Part shown: positions 8,957 to 17,881 of the stretch, in pieces
Position numbering within the stretch: position 1 is the first letter of the stretch
How the letters are laid out: every line of letters begins with the position of its first letter
Assembly (NCBI GenBank): GCA_048882505.1
Contig: JBHLRO010000030.1
Span: 1-32,000 of the forward strand
Origin: Candidatus Thorarchaeota archaeon
Lineage (GTDB): Archaea; Asgardarchaeota; Heimdallarchaeia; Hodarchaeales; Hodarchaeaceae
Length of the DNA stretch: 32,000 nucleotides
Direction: 5' to 3'
Made by a program: the position numbers and the translations under genes
The notes under the pieces: model-generated
Database searches by the model: none
What the model was told of the DNA's origin: nothing
What the model saw: the letters and a program-made list of their open reading frames with translations, nothing else

Positions 8957-9754
8957 TTGCGTAATCAACCTATTATGGGTGAAATTTTGTCAGAGCGTCC
9001 ATTGATCGTTTTAATGACGGATTTTGGCAACGACGTTTATACAGCAATCATGAAAGGTCGGATTATTCAAATCAATCCGGCAGCCAGAATTGTATCTCTT
9101 ACGAACCATATTAAAAAGCACTCGGTCAGACAAGGAGCGTTTATTATGCAGAAGTCGTACAGATACTTCCCTTATGGATCTATATTCTTGGTTGTGGTAG
9201 ACCCAGGCGTGGGAAGCTTAAGAAAAGCGGTAGTAGCGCAAACAGAGAACTATTTTTTCATTGCCCCTGATAATGGCATACTCTCACCTGTAATTTCGGA
9301 AAGCAGAGCTTTAGATATAATCAAACTACCTATTCCATCCGATGCATCCACTACATTTCACGGACGAGATGTATTCGCTCCTGCCGCTGCTAAAATTAGT
9401 CTAAACTACTCCCTTCAAAACCTTGGACAGCAAACCAAACTGAATAAAAATCTCAGTTTCTATTGGGATCCTGGATCATTTACTGGGGAGGTAATTTTTA
9501 GCGATGAATTTGGGAATATTATCACTAACATACCTAAACTCACTAAATTAGACTGTAGTGGTAAATTCATTGTCACTACAACGCATTTTAAAGGTGAGAT
9601 GCCATTAAAAATGTCTTATTCTGAAGGTTCTGCTCGTGAACCCTTTCTAATCTTCTCGAGTTTCGATACTTTGGAAATTGCCCTCCGCGAAGGAAGAGCT
9701 TGCGATCTTATACCTGTTAGTGGAGGAGATCGCGTGACAATAACCCCTCTTTAA
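8957..9754 (+). CDS. SAM hydroxide adenosyltransferase (DUF62, fluorinase/chlorinase superfamily)
   Basis: LMTDFG, VVDPGVGSLR, TFHGRDVFAPAAA, DEFGNIITNI. The Asp/Arg/His residues typical of the SAM-hydrolysing branch are present. Alternative ATG start at 8975. Confidence 0.92.
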   Translation: MRNQPIMGEILSERPLIVLMTDFGNDVYTAIMKGRIIQINPAARIVSLTNHIKKHSVRQGAFIMQKSYRYFPYGSIFLVVVDPGVGSLRKAVVAQTENYFFIAPDNGILSPVISESRALDIIKLPIPSDASTTFHGRDVFAPAAAKISLNYSLQNLGQQTKLNKNLSFYWDPGSFTGEVIFSDEFGNIITNIPKLTKLDCSGKFIVTTTHFKGEMPLKMSYSEGSAREPFLIFSSFDTLEIALREGRACDLIPVSGGDRVTITPL

Positions 9755-9947
9755 TAACTATCAACGAAGAACGAAATAACAGTGTCTCTTAGCGTTTCCA
9801 TTCTCCTTAGATCGTAAGCAGCCTAACTGCTAGTTTTAATTGCTCATGGGAGATCAAATAGATAATATCAAATAATCGAAAAGTCACATCTCGCGAAACC
9901 CCTACATTTCAGGAACCGCCCCCGATAATAGCAGTGGAAGTGAAAAA

Positions 9948-10703
9948 TTGAGTTTAGTCGAAAGAATACGGAAGATGGAACTATCACTTGATGAATTAAT
10001 ACCCAAGTTCCAAGGAAGGTTAGAACTAATTCGTGAGGATCTCAAGTTATTAATAACTGGCATAGATGATTTGAAAACGAGTATTGGCGATAATCGTCGT
10101 AAATCAAATGATTATACTAGAGAGATTTCCGATCTATCAAATGATCTTCAAACTTTTAGAAATGAAATCGCCGAAATTGAGAAGGAGATTTCCCGATTAC
10201 AAGATATGGCCCATACCGTCAATATGGAAACACAGGAATTAAACAGTGAACTAATGGCGGAGAGAAACCGGCTTGGAACTCTCGAAGGAGAAAAAAACGC
10301 GCTAGAACATAGCTTAAGTGAGCTCGAACGCGAAGAAACAGGATTACAAGAAATTCACGATCAATTCAAACCGAAATTTGAGAAAGAAGTCGCCTTAATC
10401 AATGAACGTCATACTTCGCTCAAGAAGAAACATGATTTACTTGGTTATCGTTTCCAAGCTATGCGCATCCTATGTTCTGAGGGCTATCTCTCGACCCCAG
10501 AGGTAAATATAGTAAGGTACCTCGCTATGAAGCCATCTTCGACCTCAAATGTAACAGAAATTAGGTCCACACTTGGGGTTGATCCGACAGCGTTATCTAC
10601 GGTTCTTCAAGGCCTGGCCACACGGCAAGTACTTGAACTGGACGAGTCCTCGGGTGATATTACAATACTTGCCAAGATTGATCTATTTAACGAGGTGAAA
10701 TGA
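9948..10703 (+). CDS. Long coiled-coil protein with C-terminal winged helix (unknown function), paralog A
   Basis: About 175 aa of heptad E/K/L-rich sequence, then PEVNIVRYL...VTEIRSTLGVDPTALSTVLQGLATRQVLELD. Confidence 0.75.
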   Translation: MSLVERIRKMELSLDELIPKFQGRLELIREDLKLLITGIDDLKTSIGDNRRKSNDYTREISDLSNDLQTFRNEIAEIEKEISRLQDMAHTVNMETQELNSELMAERNRLGTLEGEKNALEHSLSELEREETGLQEIHDQFKPKFEKEVALINERHTSLKKKHDLLGYRFQAMRILCSEGYLSTPEVNIVRYLAMKPSSTSNVTEIRSTLGVDPTALSTVLQGLATRQVLELDESSGDITILAKIDLFNEVK

Positions 10704-11440
10704 TCATGGATACCGAGACACTACGTGAGAAGTTTATTCGATCCGAGGAAGCGCTCAACAAACTCGCAGATGACATCAAACAACTGGTTTTTAGTCGGAG
10801 TCAAGAACTACGAGATTCTCGCGATTATCTTGAAACCTTGATAAAAGAAAAAGAAGCCGTTGACTCGCAAATCACAGAGCAGGAAGCTAAAATTGCATCA
10901 CTTCAAGAAGAGATCTCAAAACAAGGTGGTTTGAAAGAAAGTTTAGTTAATAGACGATCCCTGGGTTCAGAGGATACTCAAAATAAGAAGATTAGGCTAG
11001 AGGAACTTCGTCATGAAGTAGCCACATTAGGAGATTCTGTTAATTCCACCAATCGTGTGATCGAACAAATAAAGATGAACATAACTCAAAAACGCGAGCG
11101 TATTGGAGAGTTAATTCGGGCAAACCAGGAATTAGAAGAAAAACTTAGGGTCGAGATGGATGTAAAAGTGACTGAAGCCAAAAATCTAGAACAAACTGTA
11201 GCTAATATGGAATCAGAAAATGCAGTAATCTCATATCTTCTTGAAGAGTCTGCGGAGGATATTCCTGAAGTTGATATCCTAGCCTCAGTAATGCAACTAG
11301 GTGAGGCTAGTAGAGATCAATTGAAACAATCCCTCGAAGGAATTGTGTCTCCAGTTATGCTTACACGAACCCTCGGACGGATGGCTGAAAAAGGAATACT
11401 TAACTTCGATGAGTCTCGTGATATTATTAGATACGAGTGA
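10700..11440 (+). CDS. Long coiled-coil protein with C-terminal winged helix (unknown function), paralog B
   Basis: ATGA overlap with the upstream gene and GAGGTGA SD. Heptads, then PEVDILASV...SRDQLKQSL..VMLTRTLGRMAEKGILNFD. Confidence 0.75.
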   Translation: MIMDTETLREKFIRSEEALNKLADDIKQLVFSRSQELRDSRDYLETLIKEKEAVDSQITEQEAKIASLQEEISKQGGLKESLVNRRSLGSEDTQNKKIRLEELRHEVATLGDSVNSTNRVIEQIKMNITQKRERIGELIRANQELEEKLRVEMDVKVTEAKNLEQTVANMESENAVISYLLEESAEDIPEVDILASVMQLGEASRDQLKQSLEGIVSPVMLTRTLGRMAEKGILNFDESRDIIRYE

Positions 11441-12497
11441 GGCGGAAATTATCACGATATCCGAATTAAGTAATGAACCAGAAAATCTGCATGAAGATTG
11501 GGTTTTCCATCGAAATCTTACATCAGGAAAAACCCAGTGTTTAGCATGTGCCCGCCATTGTCACTTGATTTCAGGTGAAATTGGATGGTGTGGTGCACGG
11601 ATGTGTCAGGAAGGGAAAGTTGTACCTAGAACGTATGGTTTGGTTTCTTCCGTTGCTGTTGACCCCATTGAGAAAAAACCCCTTTACCACTTTCTACCTG
11701 GAACGGGTATCCTTAGCATCGGTGCTACTGGGTGTAATATGAGGTGCCTCCACTGTCAAAACCATTCTATATCCCAAAGCCGGGCCATCGCTCACCTCCA
11801 AAGAGTATCTCCTCGTGAACTCGTGAATCAGGCATTGGAAAGGAATCTACCTTCTATAGCGAGTACGTATAATGAACCGATGATTGCTTACGAATATGTT
11901 AGGGATATTGGAAGGATAGCCCATCAAGAAGGATTGAAGATGGTGGTCGTAGATAATGGCTACATTAGCAAACGACTGGCAGAAAGACTCACACCTTATC
12001 TTGATGGGGCTAATATTGATGTTAAAGGTTTTTCCGACGAATTCTATGGGGAAATCTGTGACGTGAGGGCATGGAAGCTCGTTTTGAAGACCTGTGAAGT
12101 TTTTTTCCAACGGGGTGTGCATCTAGAGATAACTAACCTCATTATCCCAACGAAGAATGATAATATGGAGATGATTAGGGAGATGTGTGAATGGATGGTG
12201 ACCAAACTCAGTCCAAATGTACCTCTCCACTTCTCAGCGTTTCACCCTGATTACAGATTGAGGAACCTACCTCACACTCCCATGAAAACATTAGAAGATG
12301 CCCTAGCGGTTGCCAAGGACGTAGGGCTTAATTATGTATATCTTGGGAATGTTAGGGGTCGTAAGGGTAACGATACTTACTGTCATAACTGTCATAGCCA
12401 TTTAATCTCTCGTGCTGGCTATTATACGAAGCTACTTGGAATTACGGAGGGTAGATGCACTAAATGCAACACAGAAATTCCAGGGGTCTTTCTCTAA
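11409..12497 (+). CDS. amrS: AmmeMemoRadiSam-system radical SAM enzyme (PFL-activase-like)
   Basis: CxxCxRxC..GxCGAR, DPIEKKPLYHF, radical SAM GCNMRCLHCQN, TYNEP, and C-terminal TYCHNC..CTKC. Start is uncertain (ATG 11409 chosen; track gives 11343). Confidence 0.9.
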   Translation: MSLVILLDTSEAEIITISELSNEPENLHEDWVFHRNLTSGKTQCLACARHCHLISGEIGWCGARMCQEGKVVPRTYGLVSSVAVDPIEKKPLYHFLPGTGILSIGATGCNMRCLHCQNHSISQSRAIAHLQRVSPRELVNQALERNLPSIASTYNEPMIAYEYVRDIGRIAHQEGLKMVVVDNGYISKRLAERLTPYLDGANIDVKGFSDEFYGEICDVRAWKLVLKTCEVFFQRGVHLEITNLIIPTKNDNMEMIREMCEWMVTKLSPNVPLHFSAFHPDYRLRNLPHTPMKTLEDALAVAKDVGLNYVYLGNVRGRKGNDTYCHNCHSHLISRAGYYTKLLGITEGRCTKCNTEIPGVFL

Positions 12498-12509
12498 TTC
12501 AGATCAGCC

Positions 12510-12935
12510 TTAAATAATTCTAATAGGGAGTTCTATTACCTTTCCCTTGCGAAGGGCGAATGCTTTGAGTTTTGGATCGGATCCGTCCCCTCCGATCAAC
12601 CACGTATAAGGATACGGCCAATATTCCATGAAATGTATGTCCTGGAGAGAAGGGGCGAGACGAGCATTCTTAGGATGACTGTGAAATATCCCTACTAACT
12701 CTCTTCCCTCTTTCTCGTATTTCATAATGTGGTGGTAGAAGATTTCATAATCGATACTGAAGTGGGTCGATGATTCATCCAGATTGAGCATTGGTTCGAA
12801 ATCTGTTACATTAACATGATCCTGGGGCTCCCATTCTCCAAAAGCGAGTCCTACAACTTCAATAGGTTGATCTTCTTTTAACAATGATATAATTTCTCGG
12901 TAACAAGAATTAGAAATAGATATAGAAGGTGACAC
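12510..12935 (-). CDS. JAB/MPN+ (JAMM) metalloisopeptidase
   Basis: E..GL near the N-terminus (PIEVVGLAFG) and HSHPKNARLAPSLQD (HxH..SxxD with a one-residue longer spacer). GGAGGTGG SD before the GTG start. Confidence 0.88.
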   Translation of the reverse strand: MSPSISISNSCYREIISLLKEDQPIEVVGLAFGEWEPQDHVNVTDFEPMLNLDESSTHFSIDYEIFYHHIMKYEKEGRELVGIFHSHPKNARLAPSLQDIHFMEYWPYPYTWLIGGDGSDPKLKAFALRKGKVIELPIRII

Positions 12936-12987
12936 AGAACCACCTCCATTATTTAATCATATGAAGAGCTTAGGAACGTGCCTTTAT

Positions 12988-14388
12988 TTATGGATATTCA
13001 GGATGAACACTATACGGGGGAATAATCTTATCAGGAGAGTTCAGGGCTTCAATATACCGCTGCTGGGCCGCTGGTTCACCGTGGATCGGCAAAATCTTGG
13101 TTGGGTTTGTATATTTTACGACCTCGAGGAGGCCTCCTTGGGAGGCATGGCCTGAGAATTGGAATCGTTTTACCTCCAATTCAAGGTTAACATTATAGAG
13201 GCCTCCAAAACCGTTGTTCAATAAAATTTGTCGCTGCCCTGCGATTATATCTGATCCTACAGTCCCTTCGACTTGATAGCCCACGATATAAAGGCCGTTT
13301 TTTGGGTCACTCCCTAGATCGAACTTTCCCAGATATTCGTAAATTGGACCGCCCTCGATCATACCCGATGTCGTCAATATGATGATAGGTTTTTCCTGAT
13401 TTGCCAATAATGCTCGTTTTCTATTTCTTCCTCCAGTTGGAAGGATCTCATCAATTTTGTGGATACCCTCATGGTCGAATGGTGATTTGTATCCATTCGC
13501 TTTTAGAAAGCTAAGCAATCGTTTGGATACCCACTTTTCGGTTAAATACCGTCTATATATCTTGTTTATATCAAGGATCATGCCATCTATCCAGAGTTGA
13601 TATGAATCTAGAAACGTGTCAAACTCCTGGATCAAGTAGGTTTGAATTTCTTGTGAACGGCCCAGTGCAAATGAGGGTATTATCGCTTTTCCACCTCGGG
13701 AATAACACTGTAGTAATTTTTGTGTTAACTTTGAGGTTGTTTCCTTCCGCGATGGTAAAGGCCGAGTGGCATTGGTAGTCTCCGTAATCAATATATCGAT
13801 GGGTTCCTCCAAAGAATCATTCATGAAATTCGGATCATGAAAGGGTGTTTTGGCGTCATTTATATCCCCGGTATAAAAAATCCTGGTTCCATCCCAATCA
13901 AGCAGAATGCACGCACTACCTAAGATGTGACTAGCATCATAAAATTCAGCAGAAATACCGTCCAAAAGTCGAAAAGATCGGTTATAATTGTGAGGAACAG
14001 AATTTCGCAGGGCGTGATCGAGATGACGAAGACTAAAATGAGTTTCTCCCTCGATTTTCAAGTGGTCTTTCCATAAAATTTTCACGATATCTTTTGTAGG
14101 TGCCGTTAGATGGATATCATTAGCATATCCCCAGCGATAGAGGGCTGGAACATATGCTGAATGGTCTATATGAGCGTGGGAAACCAACACGGCATCTATA
14201 TCAGGGCTTAGATCATCGAGCTGCGCGGGGGGAGTCGATCGTTGGTCTGTTCTTCTTGGATGAAGTTGAATACCTGCATCCAAGATGATCCGTCTATCTC
14301 TGTCTGAAATCATAATACATGATTTGCCAACGGATTCTGCGGCCCCAAGCACTGTGACTGTAAGCATTTCGATCAAGCCATAAGGCAT
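12988..14388 (-). CDS. MBL-fold beta-CASP ribonuclease (RNA-type, aCPSF2-like, no KH domains)
   Basis: SHAHIDH, ASHILGS, YTGD, PSFALGRSQE, TTSGMIEGG, motif B FSGHA, and motif C with His (PIHGE). Alternative start at 14367. Confidence 0.9.
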   Translation of the reverse strand: MPYGLIEMLTVTVLGAAESVGKSCIMISDRDRRIILDAGIQLHPRRTDQRSTPPAQLDDLSPDIDAVLVSHAHIDHSAYVPALYRWGYANDIHLTAPTKDIVKILWKDHLKIEGETHFSLRHLDHALRNSVPHNYNRSFRLLDGISAEFYDASHILGSACILLDWDGTRIFYTGDINDAKTPFHDPNFMNDSLEEPIDILITETTNATRPLPSRKETTSKLTQKLLQCYSRGGKAIIPSFALGRSQEIQTYLIQEFDTFLDSYQLWIDGMILDINKIYRRYLTEKWVSKRLLSFLKANGYKSPFDHEGIHKIDEILPTGGRNRKRALLANQEKPIIILTTSGMIEGGPIYEYLGKFDLGSDPKNGLYIVGYQVEGTVGSDIIAGQRQILLNNGFGGLYNVNLELEVKRFQFSGHASQGGLLEVVKYTNPTKILPIHGEPAAQQRYIEALNSPDKIIPPYSVHPEYP

Positions 14389-14564
14389 GTGATAGAGGAA
14401 CGGTGGTTAATCAGGGTAAAAACTGGAGATCCACTGTTTTCTCTGCTGAAGCAACGAGAGAATACCCACAATAAGAATTTTCGGTTCTATATTTCGAACC
14501 AATGGTTCGTCTAAGGAAAAATCTATATAACCAAAGAGTCCTCCCCCCCCTTAGGTGCACTCTG

Positions 14565-15272
14565 ATGCCAGTCGACCCACAACAAATACCGCTTTCAGGG
14601 ATTCCCATTGGCATTTTTCTGATGTTTTTGGGTTCACTCCTGGGATTAATTCCTTTATATGACCTTGGATTTATAATATTCCTCGGTTCACTAGCAATAG
14701 TGTTTATTCAATGGATTAGTAGCGGGGGTATTGCAGAAATGTTAAATTGGCTTCCATTGGTTTTGATACTGGCAATTGTCTTAACACTTTCGTCTGATTT
14801 CGTGAGTCAATCCCCTGAAACTCAAGTTTTTACATGGCCTTTGATACTCTTCGTTTTAGTGCTGATCCTTGGTTTCATGTTCGCTCAAGGAGGGGATCTA
14901 AGTTTTATTATGCCTTTTTTACCGTTTTTATTAGGAATCGGCATAATTGGAGTGGTAGGCGGGGAATTATTGTGGCAAGACGCGTTTCGGGGTTTGGCTT
15001 ATAGTATTGGCTTTCTAGGGATTGTGGTTGTGCTTATTTGGCTGCGAGTCCGTAAAACCCAACGTATGGCACCTATAGTAGGGGATAAGGAACATATGAT
15101 TGGAAAAACAGGACTAACTCTAAGTTTGATCTCCCCTGACGTTGAAGGACGCGTGAGGGTTGGGGGGGCGACTTGGAAGGCACAGTCTGAGGTTAAAATC
15201 TATGAGAATGAGCCGATTCAAGTCGTGGGCATTGAAGGCTTGGTTCTCAAAGTCAAACCAAAATCAAGATGA
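14565..15272 (+). CDS. NfeD-like membrane protein (multi-TM plus C-terminal OB fold)
   Basis: Multiple hydrophobic segments, then GDKEHMIGKTG...GRVRVGGATWKAQS..IQVVGIEGLVLKV. ATG 14565 has an AGGTG SD (track start 14502). Confidence 0.8.
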   Translation: MPVDPQQIPLSGIPIGIFLMFLGSLLGLIPLYDLGFIIFLGSLAIVFIQWISSGGIAEMLNWLPLVLILAIVLTLSSDFVSQSPETQVFTWPLILFVLVLILGFMFAQGGDLSFIMPFLPFLLGIGIIGVVGGELLWQDAFRGLAYSIGFLGIVVVLIWLRVRKTQRMAPIVGDKEHMIGKTGLTLSLISPDVEGRVRVGGATWKAQSEVKIYENEPIQVVGIEGLVLKVKPKSR

Positions 15273-15318
15273 CCCCTAATTCGTTATTTTTGCACTTCTG
15301 TCCGTGTCAACGATCCCT

Positions 15319-15331
15319 CGGAAATTATATA
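15319..15331 (+). promoter_or_regulatory. BRE/TATA promoter candidate for tRNA-Val
   Basis: CGGAAA-TTATATA about 65 nt upstream of the tRNA. Confidence 0.4.
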
Positions 15332-15394
15332 TTAATCAAGATGGAATATTATCTATTAGATCAAAATCATGATCTTAGACCTATAACGGATCAA

Positions 15395-15468
15395 GGGCCG
15401 GTGGTCTAGCTCGGTATGACGGCTCCCTCACACGGAGCAGGTCGATGGTTCAAATCCGTCCCGGCCCA
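15395..15468 (+). tRNA. tRNA-Val(CAC), intronless, CCA not encoded
   Basis: Acceptor GGGCCGG/CCGGCCC plus discriminator A, anticodon stem GCTCC/GGAGC with loop CT-CAC-AC, T arm GATGG-TTCAAAT-CCGTC. Followed by a T-rich tract. Confidence 0.96.
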
Positions 15469-15489
15469 TTCTCTTTATTGGCCCATGAA

Positions 15490-17727
15490 TCATGTGGAAG
15501 ATTCAAACGCATCCAAAATATACGAGTATATGGTTTTTTCTTCTCCGGACGATTTGGCAAACAATCGTCGCACAATTAATTCTGGTGTACTAGCTGCATA
15601 TTGATAATACACTGGGGTACGATCCACCAAAAGTTCTAAATCCTCCGAAAGTCCTTGCGCTTCAATGCCATCAATTCTTAGAGCCTCTTTGCTGTATTTT
15701 GCAATTTCTTGAGCGAGATGAGTAACGAAAATCCCCACAGAATGCGATGATCGTCCCAATAAATCAAGAAACGCGGCGATCACACGAGCGGATGCCCCCG
15801 GTTCAGAGATACTCTCCATTTCGTCTGCTAAAACCAAACGAGAATGAGGGCTCATGATCATCTGCGAGAGAGTTTGCAGCGTAGTTTCGAAAGCACCTGC
15901 ATCCATCTGGCCTGCCGCCTTTCTATAGTAATGGAGTTCCTTGAATCCTCCTAGCACTGCTTTTTTACACGGAATTGGGAGTCCCATCTGACCAAGAATT
16001 ACCATTACGGCAAGTGAAACGATCAGGGTTGTCTTACCTCCGCTATTGGCACCAGAGAGCAGAACAATGCGTTCTCCGCTTACTACTCCATCGATCGTTC
16101 CAACTTCACCTACTGCATAAGATACTGGCTGAACCTTTGCTCCACCGCGTAGCTCCTGCTGGGCGAGAAATAGATTACGACCATTTTCAATTAATAATCC
16201 AGTTTTCGAGGATTCCCCGAGTTGAGGTAGGATTAATTGATATGTTGAAGCGAACTTACCCAGCATAAATAGGTAATCAAGTTCCAACATGTAGTTTAAT
16301 GCTTGTTTAGCGATGTTTTCATATTGTTTCAGCGCTTTGGCCAGTCTAGTCTTTAACTCAAAGGATTTGATGGCACGTCGTTGTCGAAGATATGTTGTTA
16401 AACGGGAAACAATATCCTCAACAGGATCTACGGGATATCGAAGTTCTCGTGGAAATATCCCTACAAGGTATTCAATCTCCTCGTCCTGGAGATCAAGGGC
16501 TTTGATAAGACTTTCTTCCGCCTTATTTATGATCTCTTCAACTGCCATGAAGAGTTCATCATCCAAGTATTCTCGAAGATCCGTCCGACCACTGTCGGGA
16601 GCGTATTGGGAATCTTCAGATGAAATACCCTTAATGAGGGCGAGGATTTTTTCTCCTCCGAGTTCAACTGTGGACTGTTGGAGCTTTTTCTCAAGAGCCT
16701 CATTAAGTCCGATGAGAATCTCATCGAGCTTGGTTTCAAATAGCGTCTCTGCTCGTAATAAACGGGAGTATTCCACATTTAGGTCTGAGGTTGGTTCCCC
16801 AGATTCTTCCAAATTCCCCAGTTCTTTTCCCATTTCTCTTAGCATCTCTAGATCGAGATCCTCAATATAGGCACTTAACGCGGAGGACGGTAGAGTTTGA
16901 AGGAGATGGGTGAGACCGGCAATTGATTCAAGCGTTCTTTTGTTTCTGGCGAAAAAACTTAGGGTTTTTTCCGGAACAATCTGAACCAGATCATTCCGAG
17001 CCGATTCGCCGACCGTCACAACATTAGGAAGACTGTCATCTAGCAGGACATCAGAACCAATCCAGATAATCTCATCATATCCTTTTGTATAATCGCCTAT
17101 TCGTTCGATATCATCGATAAGAGTAACCTCACAATGATAACCTACATCGGATGTGGTAAGATCTTTAAACAAATCCCTGTCAGGAGTGACAATCAATCTT
17201 GATGCAGTGTCAAGGCGCGCCTTTTGCTCTTTAAGAGGAGTTAGATTGCGCAAGAGAGTGTCATATTCCTTGTAGGAATGAGGGGATGCATGAATTAGTG
17301 ATGCCAATTGCATTCCCAGATGAGCCACATTTTGACGTTCCCTGATTTTATCGAGTGCAGAAATAGGGAGAGGGAAGTAGAGATACAATTTTGAGCGAGC
17401 ATACAGGGTATTTGCAAATTTAGCAATGATATCAATCGTCTGATTGTAGATACGGATTGCATCCTCGGTTTTCAAGAAATTCCGAACATCTTCTCCTGTT
17501 TCTTGAAAATGCAGATTGCGGCACAAGCTTAAAGCGAATTTTTCCCCGATTCCTTCAATAGCTGAGATTTCAGCTATCCGAGATTCACGTAATGCTAGTA
17601 GAACGGCAGCTTCACTTCCAAATGCGGCTACGAGCCTATCTGCCACGGAGGGCCCAATCCCACGAATATCTCGAAGGTTTGTTATACTCAAAGTCTGTTC
17701 CTTTCGCTTGGCTATCTTTTTAAACAA
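15490..17727 (-). CDS. Archaeal MutS-family ATPase with N-terminal HhH motifs (MutS5-like; lacks the mismatch-binding domain)
   Basis: Two HhH motifs (IRGIGPSVA, IEGIGEKFA). Domain V motifs SGANSGGKTT, DAGAFE, LADEME, FVTHL. Confidence 0.88.
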   Translation of the reverse strand: MFKKIAKRKEQTLSITNLRDIRGIGPSVADRLVAAFGSEAAVLLALRESRIAEISAIEGIGEKFALSLCRNLHFQETGEDVRNFLKTEDAIRIYNQTIDIIAKFANTLYARSKLYLYFPLPISALDKIRERQNVAHLGMQLASLIHASPHSYKEYDTLLRNLTPLKEQKARLDTASRLIVTPDRDLFKDLTTSDVGYHCEVTLIDDIERIGDYTKGYDEIIWIGSDVLLDDSLPNVVTVGESARNDLVQIVPEKTLSFFARNKRTLESIAGLTHLLQTLPSSALSAYIEDLDLEMLREMGKELGNLEESGEPTSDLNVEYSRLLRAETLFETKLDEILIGLNEALEKKLQQSTVELGGEKILALIKGISSEDSQYAPDSGRTDLREYLDDELFMAVEEIINKAEESLIKALDLQDEEIEYLVGIFPRELRYPVDPVEDIVSRLTTYLRQRRAIKSFELKTRLAKALKQYENIAKQALNYMLELDYLFMLGKFASTYQLILPQLGESSKTGLLIENGRNLFLAQQELRGGAKVQPVSYAVGEVGTIDGVVSGERIVLLSGANSGGKTTLIVSLAVMVILGQMGLPIPCKKAVLGGFKELHYYRKAAGQMDAGAFETTLQTLSQMIMSPHSRLVLADEMESISEPGASARVIAAFLDLLGRSSHSVGIFVTHLAQEIAKYSKEALRIDGIEAQGLSEDLELLVDRTPVYYQYAASTPELIVRRLFAKSSGEEKTIYSYILDAFESST

Positions 17728-17881
17728 GAATCCCAGGATTCTTTTTTGCTTTTTTCTCCTTTAACTCCCACATAGCGCTAGTAAATTCAAAATTAAAAAC
17801 AATTTTCTGCTATATTTTCTCAACTCGACAGGAAATCTTCGATTCGGAATATTAACAGTCAAAGTCAAAAGCAATCGATAA

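Noticed and set aside
8957-9754. Fluorinase/chlorinase (halogenase) interpretation
   Set aside because: The Asp (VDPGVG), Arg and His (TFHGRD) residues typical of the widespread SAM-hydrolysing DUF62 branch are present, and there is no secondary-metabolite context.
11409-12497. Complete AmmeMemoRadiSam system or a novel radical SAM cluster
   Set aside because: The AMMECR1 and Memo partners are not in this window. Dispersed arrangement is unremarkable and nothing links it to its neighbours.
15395-15490. tRNA-Val as an integration site for a mobile element
   Set aside because: No integrase or transposase in the window and no duplicate of the tRNA 3' end seen. The flanking genes are housekeeping.
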